Assembly (NCBI GenBank): GCA_963707655.1
Contig: OY970172.1
Location: 768,001-832,000, forward strand
DNA length: 64,000 nt
Reading direction: 5' to 3'
Source of the DNA: an uncultured bacterium
GTDB taxonomy: Bacteria > Babelota > Babeliae > Babelales > Vermiphilaceae
This document shows, piece by piece, positions 30,017 through 39,339 of the stretch. A program made the position numbers and the translations under genes. Numbering within the stretch: the stretch's first letter is position 1; every line of letters starts with the position of its first letter. The notes beneath the pieces are model-generated. The model searched no databases and was not told the origin of the DNA. It saw only the letters and a program-made list of their open reading frames with translations.

Positions 30017-31306
30017 ATGAATGAGGCAAAAACCATGGATCGATCATACCCAAACAGTCCCGGGGTCTATTTCTTCAAAGACCAGAACAATGTCATTATT
30101 TATGTTGGTAAGGCGCTTTCTTTGCGCGACCGCATTCGTTCCTACTTTCAAAAAACAACCTCCGGCGATTTTCGATCTGACTGGAAGGTCAAATCTTTGC
30201 AAGAAGAATATCGGACCATTGAAGTGATAGTCACCGCCAATGAGACCGAAGCCCTTTTATTGGAAGCGCAACTAATCAAGGAGCATCAACCCAAATACAA
30301 TGTGTTGCTCAAAGACGGACAGCCTTTTTTATATATTATGATTACCGGCGGACACTTGCCGGAATTTAAAATTGTACGTAATAAAAAGCTAAAAGGGCGT
30401 TATTTTGGCCCTTTTATAGAAAAAATGCAAGCGCGCAAAGTATACAGCTTTTTACAGCAAACTTTTCAGCTCACCTTGTGTAAAATGAAGATTGAGCAAG
30501 GGTGTCTAAAATACCACTTGGGTACCTGTGCCGGCAACTGCCGACCCGATTTTAATGCCGCCGATTATCAATTTAGAGTCAATCTGGCTCTTGCCGCGCT
30601 TACTGATGATCAGGTAGCTTTTAAAAAACAGATACAAGAAAAGATCGTTGATTACAATCGCCAATTTTTATTTGAAAAAGCAAAGCATTTGCATGAATAT
30701 TTACTGAATATCCAACACATTTTCAGAGTATTGAAAATCCGTTTTTCTGAAGATAAATTTGCGGCTCAGGTTGCACGCATTACGGCGCCACAAACAATCC
30801 CTGCCGACATGCAGGCTCTGGCCACAGAGCTACAAAACTTTTTGGGTGTTGAAAAGCCACTCATCACGATTGATTGTTTTGACATCTCCCATTTTCAGAG
30901 CCAGGCAATAGTTGGTTCTTGCGTGCGCTTTACCAATGGGACACCCGACAAACGAAAATTTCGTCATTTTAAAATTAAAACACTACAAGAACAAAATGAT
31001 TATGCGGCACTGCATGAAATTGTGCTCCGCCGCTACAAAGAGGGAAACGATCTTCCTGATTTAATTCTTATTGACGGAGGCAAGGGTCAATTAAATGCAG
31101 TCAAGCACCTTTATCCGCAAGCACTTTTTGTCTCATTGGCAAAGCGTGAGGAGACATTATACTCTCCTACATTTCCTGATGGCAAAAAGCTTGATCTTCA
31201 TACCGGCGTTGGGCGATTATTAATTGGACTGCGTGATTATGCGCACCATTTTGCTATCACCTATCATCGCAAAAGAAAACAAATGATATTTAAAGGAGCG
31301 GTATGA
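30017..31306 (+). CDS. uvrC: excinuclease ABC subunit C, short form
   Basis: GIY-YIG (PGVYFF..IYVGKA..LR.RI.SYF), Cys cluster, CFDISH, PDLILIDGGKGQL, RDYAHHFA. Confidence 0.92.
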   Translation: MNEAKTMDRSYPNSPGVYFFKDQNNVIIYVGKALSLRDRIRSYFQKTTSGDFRSDWKVKSLQEEYRTIEVIVTANETEALLLEAQLIKEHQPKYNVLLKDGQPFLYIMITGGHLPEFKIVRNKKLKGRYFGPFIEKMQARKVYSFLQQTFQLTLCKMKIEQGCLKYHLGTCAGNCRPDFNAADYQFRVNLALAALTDDQVAFKKQIQEKIVDYNRQFLFEKAKHLHEYLLNIQHIFRVLKIRFSEDKFAAQVARITAPQTIPADMQALATELQNFLGVEKPLITIDCFDISHFQSQAIVGSCVRFTNGTPDKRKFRHFKIKTLQEQNDYAALHEIVLRRYKEGNDLPDLILIDGGKGQLNAVKHLYPQALFVSLAKREETLYSPTFPDGKKLDLHTGVGRLLIGLRDYAHHFAITYHRKRKQMIFKGAV

Positions 31307-33864
31307 GCCCTGAACAATTTACCAATGCCAGCCAAGAACTTATTAACGCCAGTGCCACCATTGCGCGCGAACATCATCACGGTACACTGTTGCCGATTCA
31401 TACACTAGCCGCCGGCCTTAACCAAAGTTTGTGCCTCGATTTTTTTAGCACACTAGGTGTACCCGTTGAGCAATTAAAAAATATAGTTGAAAAAGAGCTC
31501 GCAAAATTGCCCCAAGTGAAGGGGAGCGAGCTTGCTGTTGACCCGTCACTCGATACCTTTTTGCGTGCATGCAAACAAGAAGCAGATGCCTTGGGAGATG
31601 CTTACATCAGTCTTGAGCAATTTTTAATTCAGTGGGTCAGCAACAGTGTAATGCCAAGCTCAATACAAGATTTTTTTAAGAACTTAAAAATTAACAAAGC
31701 AACTGTTCTTGCTTATTTAAAAGAGTTGAGGAAAGGGAAAACCGTGACTGATAAAAATGCTGAAAACAAATATCAAATTTTAGAAAAATATTGTATCGAT
31801 GTCACTTCTCTTGCGCGCCAGGGCAAGCTGGATCCGGTGATTGGTCGCCATGAAGAAATTAGACGCGTGATTCAAATTTTGTCCCGCCGCACTAAAAACA
31901 ATCCGGTTCTTATTGGAGAGCCCGGTGTGGGCAAGACGGCAATAGTAGAGGGCATCGCACAACGCATTATTAATCATGATGTGCCGGAAAGTTTACAGAA
32001 TAAAAAAATATTCTCGCTCGATTTGGGCCTTCTAATTGCCGGTGCAAAATATCAGGGAGAATTTGAAGACAGATTAAAAGGAGTCCTGAAAGAGATTGAA
32101 TCGGGTGAGGATCAAGTTATTCTCTTTATTGATGAATTGCATATGCTCGTTGGCGCCGGTTCTGCCGGCGGGGGCATGGATGCATCAAACCTTTTAAAGC
32201 CGGCATTGGCACGCGGCACCTTGCACTGTATCGGTGCAACTACACTGAAAGAATATAAAAAATATATAGAAAAAGATGCTGCGCTTGAGCGCCGTTTTCA
32301 GCCTGTTGTGGTGCAGGAACCCAGCGTTGATGATGCGATTTCTATTTTGCGCGGTTTAAAAGAGCGCTATGAATTGCATCATGGTATTCGCATTACTGAC
32401 CAGGCATTGGTTGATGCGGTGCTGCTCTCTACCAAATATATCCCCGATCGTTTTCTGCCGGACAAAGCAATAGATGTCATTGACGAAGCAGCGGCGATGG
32501 TAAAAATGTCTATTGATTCCCAGCCTGAATCGCTTGATAAAATTGAACGCAAAATTCGCCAGCTTGAGATAGAAAAAGTTGCTTTAGCCAAAGAGAAAGA
32601 AATTGAAGCTTCAAAAAAACGGCTTGCCGAACTTGAAAAAGAGCTTGGTGAATTAAAAGAACAGCATACAAAACTGCGTGCGCAATGGCAGGCAGAAAAG
32701 GCACCGCTCGAAAAAATAAATAAAATTAAAGAAGATATCGAAGCCGCATCGGTGCGATTTCAGGAAGCTGAGCGCAATGGAGATTTTGCCAAAGCGTCGG
32801 AAATTAAATATGGTGCGATTGCAAAACTTGAGCGTGAATTGATTGATGAACAAAACAAATTGAAAACGAGTGATGCGCCGCTCATCAAACAACAGGTTGA
32901 CGTTGATGACGTGGCAAGCGTACTTGCGCGTTGGACCAAAATTCCTGTCGAAAAACTTAAAGCAAGCGAAGCTGAAAAGCTGCTCAATATGAGCTCATTG
33001 CTTGAACAAAAAGTGATTGGCCAAAATGAAGCAATAGAAAAAATTGCGCAAACTATTCAAATGCATCGTGCCGGCTTGACCGACCCTGACAAACCCATTG
33101 GCTCATTTCTTTTTCTTGGCCCAACGGGTGTAGGCAAAACAGAAGTGGCAAAAACATTGGCCGATTTTCTTTTCAATGATGAAAAACGCATTATCCGCAT
33201 TGATATGTCTGAATATATGGAAAAGCACACGGTAGCGCGTCTTATTGGTGCGCCGCCGGGTTATGTTGGCTATGAAGAAGGGGGCCAATTAACGGAACAG
33301 GTCCGCAGACATCCCTATAGCGTTATTCTATTTGATGAAATTGAAAAAGCGCACCCTGATGTTTTCAATATCTTTTTACAAATTCTTGATGAAGGCCGCT
33401 TAACTGATAGCCAAGGGCGCACCGTATCTTTTAAAAACTGTATTATTATTATGACCTCAAATCTTGGATCAGATATAATTTTGCGTGAAACAACAATTAC
33501 TCCGGCAGTGCGTTCGGCAGTAGATGCATTGTTACACAAAACATTTAGACCTGAGTTTTTAAATCGTATCGATAGCATTGTTTTCTTTAGAAAACTGAGT
33601 GAAGAAGATGTGCAAAAAATTGCGTATATTCACATAGGCGAGTTAACACAACGATTGCAGGAAAAACAGATTCAGCTCAGCGTTGATGATGCTGTTGTTG
33701 CCCATGTAGCACGTGAAGGCTATGCCCCTGAATTTGGCGCACGACCTCTTAAACGCGTAGTGCAGCAACAGATTATTGTGCCTATTTCACGATATTTGCT
33801 TGTGCACGCGGGGGTAAAAACAGTAAAAGTATCCATGCGCAATGATCAGGTTGTTGTTGAATGA
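31303..33864 (+). CDS. clpB: ATP-dependent disaggregase ClpB
   Basis: Two AAA+ modules ([16 protein letters not shown]), long M-domain coiled coil, GYVGYEEGG. Confidence 0.97.
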   Translation: MSPEQFTNASQELINASATIAREHHHGTLLPIHTLAAGLNQSLCLDFFSTLGVPVEQLKNIVEKELAKLPQVKGSELAVDPSLDTFLRACKQEADALGDAYISLEQFLIQWVSNSVMPSSIQDFFKNLKINKATVLAYLKELRKGKTVTDKNAENKYQILEKYCIDVTSLARQGKLDPVIGRHEEIRRVIQILSRRTKNNPVLIGEPGVGKTAIVEGIAQRIINHDVPESLQNKKIFSLDLGLLIAGAKYQGEFEDRLKGVLKEIESGEDQVILFIDELHMLVGAGSAGGGMDASNLLKPALARGTLHCIGATTLKEYKKYIEKDAALERRFQPVVVQEPSVDDAISILRGLKERYELHHGIRITDQALVDAVLLSTKYIPDRFLPDKAIDVIDEAAAMVKMSIDSQPESLDKIERKIRQLEIEKVALAKEKEIEASKKRLAELEKELGELKEQHTKLRAQWQAEKAPLEKINKIKEDIEAASVRFQEAERNGDFAKASEIKYGAIAKLERELIDEQNKLKTSDAPLIKQQVDVDDVASVLARWTKIPVEKLKASEAEKLLNMSSLLEQKVIGQNEAIEKIAQTIQMHRAGLTDPDKPIGSFLFLGPTGVGKTEVAKTLADFLFNDEKRIIRIDMSEYMEKHTVARLIGAPPGYVGYEEGGQLTEQVRRHPYSVILFDEIEKAHPDVFNIFLQILDEGRLTDSQGRTVSFKNCIIIMTSNLGSDIILRETTITPAVRSAVDALLHKTFRPEFLNRIDSIVFFRKLSEEDVQKIAYIHIGELTQRLQEKQIQLSVDDAVVAHVAREGYAPEFGARPLKRVVQQQIIVPISRYLLVHAGVKTVKVSMRNDQVVVE

Positions 33865-33868
33865 TTGT

Positions 33869-34297
33869 TTATTTGTCGAAACAATCTTCTTCTTGGGTAA
33901 CGCTGATACCAGATCCATTTGATACCAATGCTGCGCCATCCCATAAAAACACTGCCGACATTGCAGGATTATAATTGGCGACAGCGTATTTTTTGCATAC
34001 GTGTTTCCCGTACACCCAAACTTGATATCCGCTCGATATCTCTTCTAGCGTTTTTATCAACCGCCGCACAGAAGATTCGGCAGGAATCTCTAATGCTTTA
34101 ATTATCATTGGTTGTCCATGGCGCGAAGTGTCTGCATAATCATAATAAGAGATATCAACAATGCCAATACTGATGGGTTCAGGCGATGCATTACAAACAA
34201 TGAAATTGGCTTCGCCATGCTCAGGAAAAGATTCTGCGGCATATGAAGGCGTAAACACCAGTAGAAACACGGTACTGAGTATTATTTTGTAATTCAT
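33869..34297 (-). CDS. secreted protein, array member 6 (most diverged)
   Basis: Signal peptide; FIVCNASPEPISIGIV; VFLWDG...SGISV. Confidence 0.75.
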   Translation of the reverse strand: MNYKIILSTVFLLVFTPSYAAESFPEHGEANFIVCNASPEPISIGIVDISYYDYADTSRHGQPMIIKALEIPAESSVRRLIKTLEEISSGYQVWVYGKHVCKKYAVANYNPAMSAVFLWDGAALVSNGSGISVTQEEDCFDK

Positions 34298-34334
34298 TTT
34301 TTTATCCTGGAGGGTAGATGCGTTGACTAAATAT

Positions 34335-34892
34335 TTAATTTTCGAAATTTACATCACCATCATGCTCTTCGCCTATTGTTGGCCAGAAGTCATCCTCTTC
34401 CTCATCTTCAGAATCTCGATCAGAAACAATATTATTATCAGTAAACGTACTTTGAATCGTAAGACCCGATCGTGTTTTTGTGCCATTTTGTGCTTTTAAC
34501 TGATTGTTATTCCAGACAACATATGCATTGTTTTCATCGGGATGAATAGCATACGTGGCAAAAGGGGCATCATCTGGGCCGTTATTCCATATTGAAATGT
34601 CATAACCCCACAAATCTGGTAACTTTTTCTTGCTCATTCTCAAGACACCAGGCTCATTGTCTCGCATCGCAGCAACTCTAGTTTTAGGAAGTAATACTTT
34701 CTCCGGAAACTCCCAACTATCAACAATTCGTACCCAAATTGGAGTCTGATCCATGTTAACTATTTCAAATTCCCATGATGAAGAGCGTTGAGTAGCTAAT
34801 GGTGTAGTTTCAGTAAGATATCCCCGCTCGCTTGCCTGCAGCATATTGCCGGCAACAAAGATCGCGATACTCAGTATTATTTTGTAATTCAT
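34335..34892 (-). CDS. secreted protein, array member 5
   Basis: FEIVNMDQTPIWVRI; YVVWNNNQLKAQ.G.KTRSGL; acidic tail. Confidence 0.8.
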   Translation of the reverse strand: MNYKIILSIAIFVAGNMLQASERGYLTETTPLATQRSSSWEFEIVNMDQTPIWVRIVDSWEFPEKVLLPKTRVAAMRDNEPGVLRMSKKKLPDLWGYDISIWNNGPDDAPFATYAIHPDENNAYVVWNNNQLKAQNGTKTRSGLTIQSTFTDNNIVSDRDSEDEEEDDFWPTIGEEHDGDVNFEN

Positions 34893-34929
34893 TTTTTTAT
34901 CCCCAATACATGATTCTTCATAATTATTT

Positions 34930-35424
34930 TCATTTCAATGTCTCTATGTTGTTTTTTAAACTCAAGCCCGATTGTGTAGTTTTATCAAAAATGCCTTTGC
35001 CTTTTTGCGGGCGCAATGAACCATCTTCCCAGCTCACGTAAATAGTTTTACCTGTGCCATCTATTTTGTACTGAGCAACAGGCATTATTTGAGTTTTATA
35101 CGAGTACACAGTGATGCTGGTTTGTTTGTTCAAATCAAGGCCCGACACACGCACATAACCAAAGTCTTTTTCTTTGGCCAAATCAAAACGGACCGCCGGC
35201 TTTGGAACTTCAAATTTATTCAGAAGCTCGCGTCCATTATTAGTAACGGTTATGTACACGGGCGCCGCATATTTATTTTTAAATTCAAGATCCCAGATTG
35301 ATGCGCCAAGGAGTTTGCTTGCAGGAAATCCTGTTTCTATTTTCGGCGCAAGTGGAGCAGCGAATGCCGATACCATTGATACAATCGCGGTAATGAAAAC
35401 AAGACTTTTTGTTATTTTCATCAT
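34930..35424 (-). CDS. secreted protein, array member 4
   Basis: LEFKNKYAAPVYITV; YVSWEDGSLRPQKG..TQSGLSLKNNI. Confidence 0.8.
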   Translation of the reverse strand: MMKITKSLVFITAIVSMVSAFAAPLAPKIETGFPASKLLGASIWDLEFKNKYAAPVYITVTNNGRELLNKFEVPKPAVRFDLAKEKDFGYVRVSGLDLNKQTSITVYSYKTQIMPVAQYKIDGTGKTIYVSWEDGSLRPQKGKGIFDKTTQSGLSLKNNIETLK

Positions 35425-35438
35425 GATATTTTTCTACC

Positions 35439-36050
35439 TTATTTTTTTGCTATTTCATTGTCAGCAATATTTCCCAACAGAGGAAGTCCTGACTGTGTCT
35501 CATCCCCTGAACCTTTTTGCACGCGCAACTTATTGCCTTCCCACGTGAGATACATCGCTTTTCTATTTTTGTTTTGTTTTATAAAAAATGAATAGGTCGG
35601 CTTTTCTTGTATATTAACCGTAAGCCCGGGATTTTTCACCGCATTTTGATCCCATATGAATAAGGTTGTGGCTTGCGATGGATCAAAATTAGCCAGACGC
35701 AAATAACCGGCGTCAGCTTCATTCTTTCCTTTTGAAGCCTGCACTCGGGTGTTTGGGTTTGGTTCATTGAGCAAGCGAGGCAACTCTTTGTTGTTTGATG
35801 CCTTAAAGTTTTCGGGAACAGGAATTAAGGGAACCAACTTTCCTTGTGTTCCCAGTGCGTTGCTTTGCACTTGCATAAGTTGTACGTATATGGGTTCTTT
35901 TGTTTTGTTTTTCAATTCAAATACCCAGTACCTGCTCGCATTGGCCGTTGTTTGTACCGCTACTTCTTTGCAAGCGGCAGTGTCTGCCAAGGCTACGGAG
36001 TTCAATAATCCGACTGTTATACTCAACAGTGCTACTATTGTTTTCTTCAT
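35439..36050 (-). CDS. secreted protein, array member 3
   Basis: FELKNKTKEPIYVQL; YLTWEGNKLRVQKG..TQSGLPLLGNI. Confidence 0.8.
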   Translation of the reverse strand: MKKTIVALLSITVGLLNSVALADTAACKEVAVQTTANASRYWVFELKNKTKEPIYVQLMQVQSNALGTQGKLVPLIPVPENFKASNNKELPRLLNEPNPNTRVQASKGKNEADAGYLRLANFDPSQATTLFIWDQNAVKNPGLTVNIQEKPTYSFFIKQNKNRKAMYLTWEGNKLRVQKGSGDETQSGLPLLGNIADNEIAKK

Positions 36051-36082
36051 GTTTTCCCTCTCATCAAATCATTTTAAAAAAA

Positions 36083-36107
36083 CGGGTGCTTAGTTTAAAA
36101 GCACCCG
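36083..36107 (-). terminator. hairpin inside the array, after member 2
   Basis: cgggtgctt / aagcacccg with adjacent A-run (T-run on minus strand). Confidence 0.6.
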
Positions 36108-36112
36108 AACCA

Positions 36113-36661
36113 TTATTTTATAACCGTGATATCACCATTGCTCACGTTTTGATTCAAACTCAGGCCACTATTGGTTTTGCCTGCTTTTCCACTGCGAGGA
36201 CCGGTTTGAGGACGAACCCCATTTTTATCTACCGTTACATAGGCAGTTTTGTCGGTGGCAAATTCAATGAGCCAATCAGGCTTTGGCGTTACGGCCCATG
36301 TCCCTTTTGAGACAAGGTTTTTACTTATATCTATTTTTTGAGGCTTCTTGCTCCACACTGCCAAAGCAGTTTTTTGTTTAATGTCTGTTTTAAATGCCCT
36401 GCTGCCTTCTTCAAACAATCCGCTCGACTTGATTTCAACAGGATCATTGAAAGTAAAAGTAACACCCTTGAGGCCGGTAGCATTTATCACAGAAACCCAA
36501 ACACTGTTTCCTGTTTTATTCAAAACCTCTACCCCGTAACCGGTTGTGGCATATGGCTGAGGCTCACCAATAAAACTGGCAACCGCGTTGAGAATATCAG
36601 CAGAAACATAATGAACTGAGCCGAGTGCGCCTAAAAGCGCTATTAATAAAAGTTTTTTCAT
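36113..36661 (-). CDS. secreted protein, array member 2
   Basis: VEVLNKTGNSVWVSV; YVTVDKNGVRPQTG..KTNSGLSLNQNV. Confidence 0.8.
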   Translation of the reverse strand: MKKLLLIALLGALGSVHYVSADILNAVASFIGEPQPYATTGYGVEVLNKTGNSVWVSVINATGLKGVTFTFNDPVEIKSSGLFEEGSRAFKTDIKQKTALAVWSKKPQKIDISKNLVSKGTWAVTPKPDWLIEFATDKTAYVTVDKNGVRPQTGPRSGKAGKTNSGLSLNQNVSNGDITVIK

Positions 36662-37113
36662 TGTTGCTCCTGAATTTTACCATTACTCAATTGTAAAAAA
36701 ATATTTTTATCAGAAGGGCTCAGTCTGTGTGTTACATCAGCTGTTGGTGTAATATTGTAGCCAAAAAAGCGACCCTTGCTGATAGTTACCTTGGCCGGAT
36801 CTTTATACCAAACGGCAAGAATACTTTCTTGACCAGTATTGGCAGTTAAATTTGCAGTGGCACTTGATCCGGGACGTTGTAATGTTGGCTGTTTTGCTAT
36901 AAATACTGGTTTCATTGACTGGGGATTTGCATTATTTGCAGCAAAGAGAGCAACCCAAATATTTTTATTTTCTCTATTGTGTATTATTACTGATCTCGTG
37001 TTACCTGCAGCGTCTATTACTTCGGCACCAAATTCATCATTGATTTCACCCGCACTCATAGCGCCAAAAAAAACAACGCTTATAAGAGCTAAGAGCATAA
37101 TGGATTTCTTCAT
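36658..37113 (-). CDS. secreted protein, array member 1
   Basis: VIIHNRENKNIWVAL; LAVWYKDPAKVTISK matches member 2 LAVWSKKPQKIDISK. Confidence 0.8.
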   Translation of the reverse strand: MKKSIMLLALISVVFFGAMSAGEINDEFGAEVIDAAGNTRSVIIHNRENKNIWVALFAANNANPQSMKPVFIAKQPTLQRPGSSATANLTANTGQESILAVWYKDPAKVTISKGRFFGYNITPTADVTHRLSPSDKNIFLQLSNGKIQEQQ

Positions 37114-37309
37114 TTTTTTCCCTTAATTTTAACAGGTTTTTTATATCTATATTTCAATTTGATGATAACAAAAAAATAATTCATTTTGCAATAATAATTC
37201 TTCTTGTGCTCTTGATTTACTTGTGTTTCAATGCTTGCTACTTTGTGACAATACCCATTGATGAGAGTAAAGCTACAATAAATCATTTTTTAACTTGAAA
37301 GAATTGAGC

Positions 37310-38080
37310 ATGGCCCTTTTACCCTTTCTCTATATCGCAAACTGGAAGATGAATAAAACGTTGGACCAGGGAATGCATTATTTTTATACCAATCAAGAAA
37401 AACTGCACTCAATGGCATTGAATACCGGTATTGAAATAATATTTGCACCTTCCTTCCCTTCTTTGGCTCCATTGTGCGCATTGGCGACCAAGTCTTCTCT
37501 TCATCTGGCTGCGCAAGATTGTTCTGAATATGAAAGTGGTCCTTACAATGGTCAAGTTGATGCATTAACTCTTGCTCAAGTTGGTGTGCGTTATTGTATT
37601 ATTGGCCACTCCGACCAAAGAAGTTACACACGAGAAACAGATCTTACCGTGGCCAATAAGGCAAATCGGCTGCTTGAAGTTAATGTGCGCCCCATTGTTT
37701 GTGTTGGTGAAACGGCGCAGGAGCATCAAGAAAATAAAGGCAAAGAAGTTGTCGCCCGACAGCTTAAAACAGTCTTGGATATGCTTTCTACACTACCTTC
37801 TCAAACACCTATCTGCGTAGCTTACGAGCCTGTTTGGGCAATAGGCGGTGGAATCACGGTAGAAAAAGAGTATATTGCCCAGATGCTTGCCTGGATACGC
37901 GAATTAACCGAGCTATTGCCTCAATATACTTTTTTTCTCGTATATGGGGGTGGGGTTGATGAGACAAATGCGGCAGCATTACGCGCCATTGGCGACTTGA
38001 ACGGTTTTTTAATTGGGGGCGCAAGTCTCGACTTTCAAAAATTTGAAAACATAGTATCTTTAACAAAAAGTAAAATATAG
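37310..38080 (+). CDS. tpiA: triosephosphate isomerase
   Basis: ANWKMN, IIGHS, CVGET, AYEPVWAIG, YGG.V, GFLIGGASL. Confidence 0.95.
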   Translation: MALLPFLYIANWKMNKTLDQGMHYFYTNQEKLHSMALNTGIEIIFAPSFPSLAPLCALATKSSLHLAAQDCSEYESGPYNGQVDALTLAQVGVRYCIIGHSDQRSYTRETDLTVANKANRLLEVNVRPIVCVGETAQEHQENKGKEVVARQLKTVLDMLSTLPSQTPICVAYEPVWAIGGGITVEKEYIAQMLAWIRELTELLPQYTFFLVYGGGVDETNAAALRAIGDLNGFLIGGASLDFQKFENIVSLTKSKI

Positions 38081-38102
38081 ATCAAAAGATAAGGACATTA
38101 CT

Positions 38103-38429
38103 ATGTTATATGAATTGTTGATAACTATTTTTGTGATTAACTCATTATTGCTGCTTTTGATTGTTATGATTCAACAGGGCAAAGGCAACATGGGGCTCGG
38201 CAATTTGGGTGGCGCAACACAAATGCTTTTTGGCGGTACCGGCGGTGCAGACATTATGCAAAAAACTACCTGGGTATTGGGCACAATTTTTATGACCTTA
38301 TCACTCGTTCTTGCTCTTATGAAAACAATGCCATCCCATTCCTATTCATTTAGCCGTAAAGCAAACATGGCGACAACGCAACCTATTGAACGGGAATCAG
38401 CCCCTGCAGCGGACCAGACCGGAGAATAA
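38103..38429 (+). CDS. secG: preprotein translocase subunit SecG
   Basis: Two TMs around QQGKGNMGLG..GG..LFGG; follows tpiA. Confidence 0.92.
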   Translation: MLYELLITIFVINSLLLLLIVMIQQGKGNMGLGNLGGATQMLFGGTGGADIMQKTTWVLGTIFMTLSLVLALMKTMPSHSYSFSRKANMATTQPIERESAPAADQTGE

Positions 38430-38471
38430 AAAAGAAAAAAGTAATGGGCGACTCAGCTTGTTAATCTTCTT

Positions 38472-38506
38472 GGCCACGTAACCTTACAGGTTTTGTGGCC
38501 TTTTTT
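38472..38506 (+). terminator. intrinsic terminator after secG
   Basis: ggccac..aacc / ggtt..gtggcc followed by TTTTTT. Confidence 0.75.
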
Positions 38507-38602
38507 ATTTCATGTACTTTTTTTATTTTTATCAATGTATTCCCGGGGACACCCATGGCCCAATTCAGCCTCGCGTAGCGCCGGAATAACCTGAATGATC
38601 GT

Positions 38603-38631
38603 TTGACCCCTGTGACTCTTTTATTTAGACT
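38603..38631 (+). promoter_or_regulatory. sigma70-like promoter
   Basis: TTGACC-17-TAGACT. Confidence 0.45.
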
Positions 38632-38673
38632 AATATAAAAACATGGCCCTAAAAACTAGGCGGAATTCTTTTT

Positions 38674-39336
38674 ATGTTGAGCGCAAACACCACATCAAGC
38701 ATCACTTCATTGATTACTCTTCTTTTAGCCTATTTGCTGGCCATTGGCCCTATGGGCTTTTTTAATGCCTGGATAGGTAAAATGGTTGGTGATTCAACGG
38801 CTGAAGACAAAGGCCTTCTGACGCTTGATCCATTCGCCCATCTTGATCCCATAGGTCTTTTATGCATGCTTTTATGCGGCATAGGCTGGTCAAAAGCTGT
38901 TCCCATCAACATTCATATGATTACCGCCCCGTTTCGCAATTTAAAAATAGCTTTTGCTTTATTCGGCGAAACAATTTTTGGTCTGGGATTAGCGATTTTT
39001 GGCTTGGTGCTCAGCATTGTTGTCGGTCTGAATCCTGCAACGGCTACCTTGAGTGCCGGTTCATCATTTCTGTTCGCTTTTCAGTCGGTGCTGGTGACTT
39101 TTGTTGGGCTGGTGCTTTTCTTTGCCGTGGCCCGCTTCTTGTATGGCGCGTTGCTCCTGGTCATCATAATGCTTTCAAAAAATTATCAATCATATGCAGC
39201 ATTTTTGAGTGAGATGAGCTTTATTATTGTATTTATACTTATTATCTTTTTTGCGCGGCAACTGCAATCGTTCTGTATATATGGTCTTTTGTCAGTATGC
39301 GCAGTAATCGGTCAGGTGACCGGCCTTCTAACATAA
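38674..39336 (+). CDS. site-2 protease (M50)-like membrane protein lacking HExxH
   Basis: GDSTA..G.LTLDP.AHLDPIG..GW.KAVP.N matches small S2P proteins; metal ligands absent. Confidence 0.75.
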   Translation: MLSANTTSSITSLITLLLAYLLAIGPMGFFNAWIGKMVGDSTAEDKGLLTLDPFAHLDPIGLLCMLLCGIGWSKAVPINIHMITAPFRNLKIAFALFGETIFGLGLAIFGLVLSIVVGLNPATATLSAGSSFLFAFQSVLVTFVGLVLFFAVARFLYGALLLVIIMLSKNYQSYAAFLSEMSFIIVFILIIFFARQLQSFCIYGLLSVCAVIGQVTGLLT

Positions 39337-39339
39337 TGG

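Noticed and set aside
37600..37960. TpiA motif deviations (GHSDQR, AIGGG, YGGGV) suggesting inactivation
   Set aside because: Catalytic Lys, His and Glu are all retained.
38446..38510. tRNA after secG (gggcgactcagc...)
   Set aside because: No TTC T-loop, cloverleaf or CCA; better explained as a terminator region.
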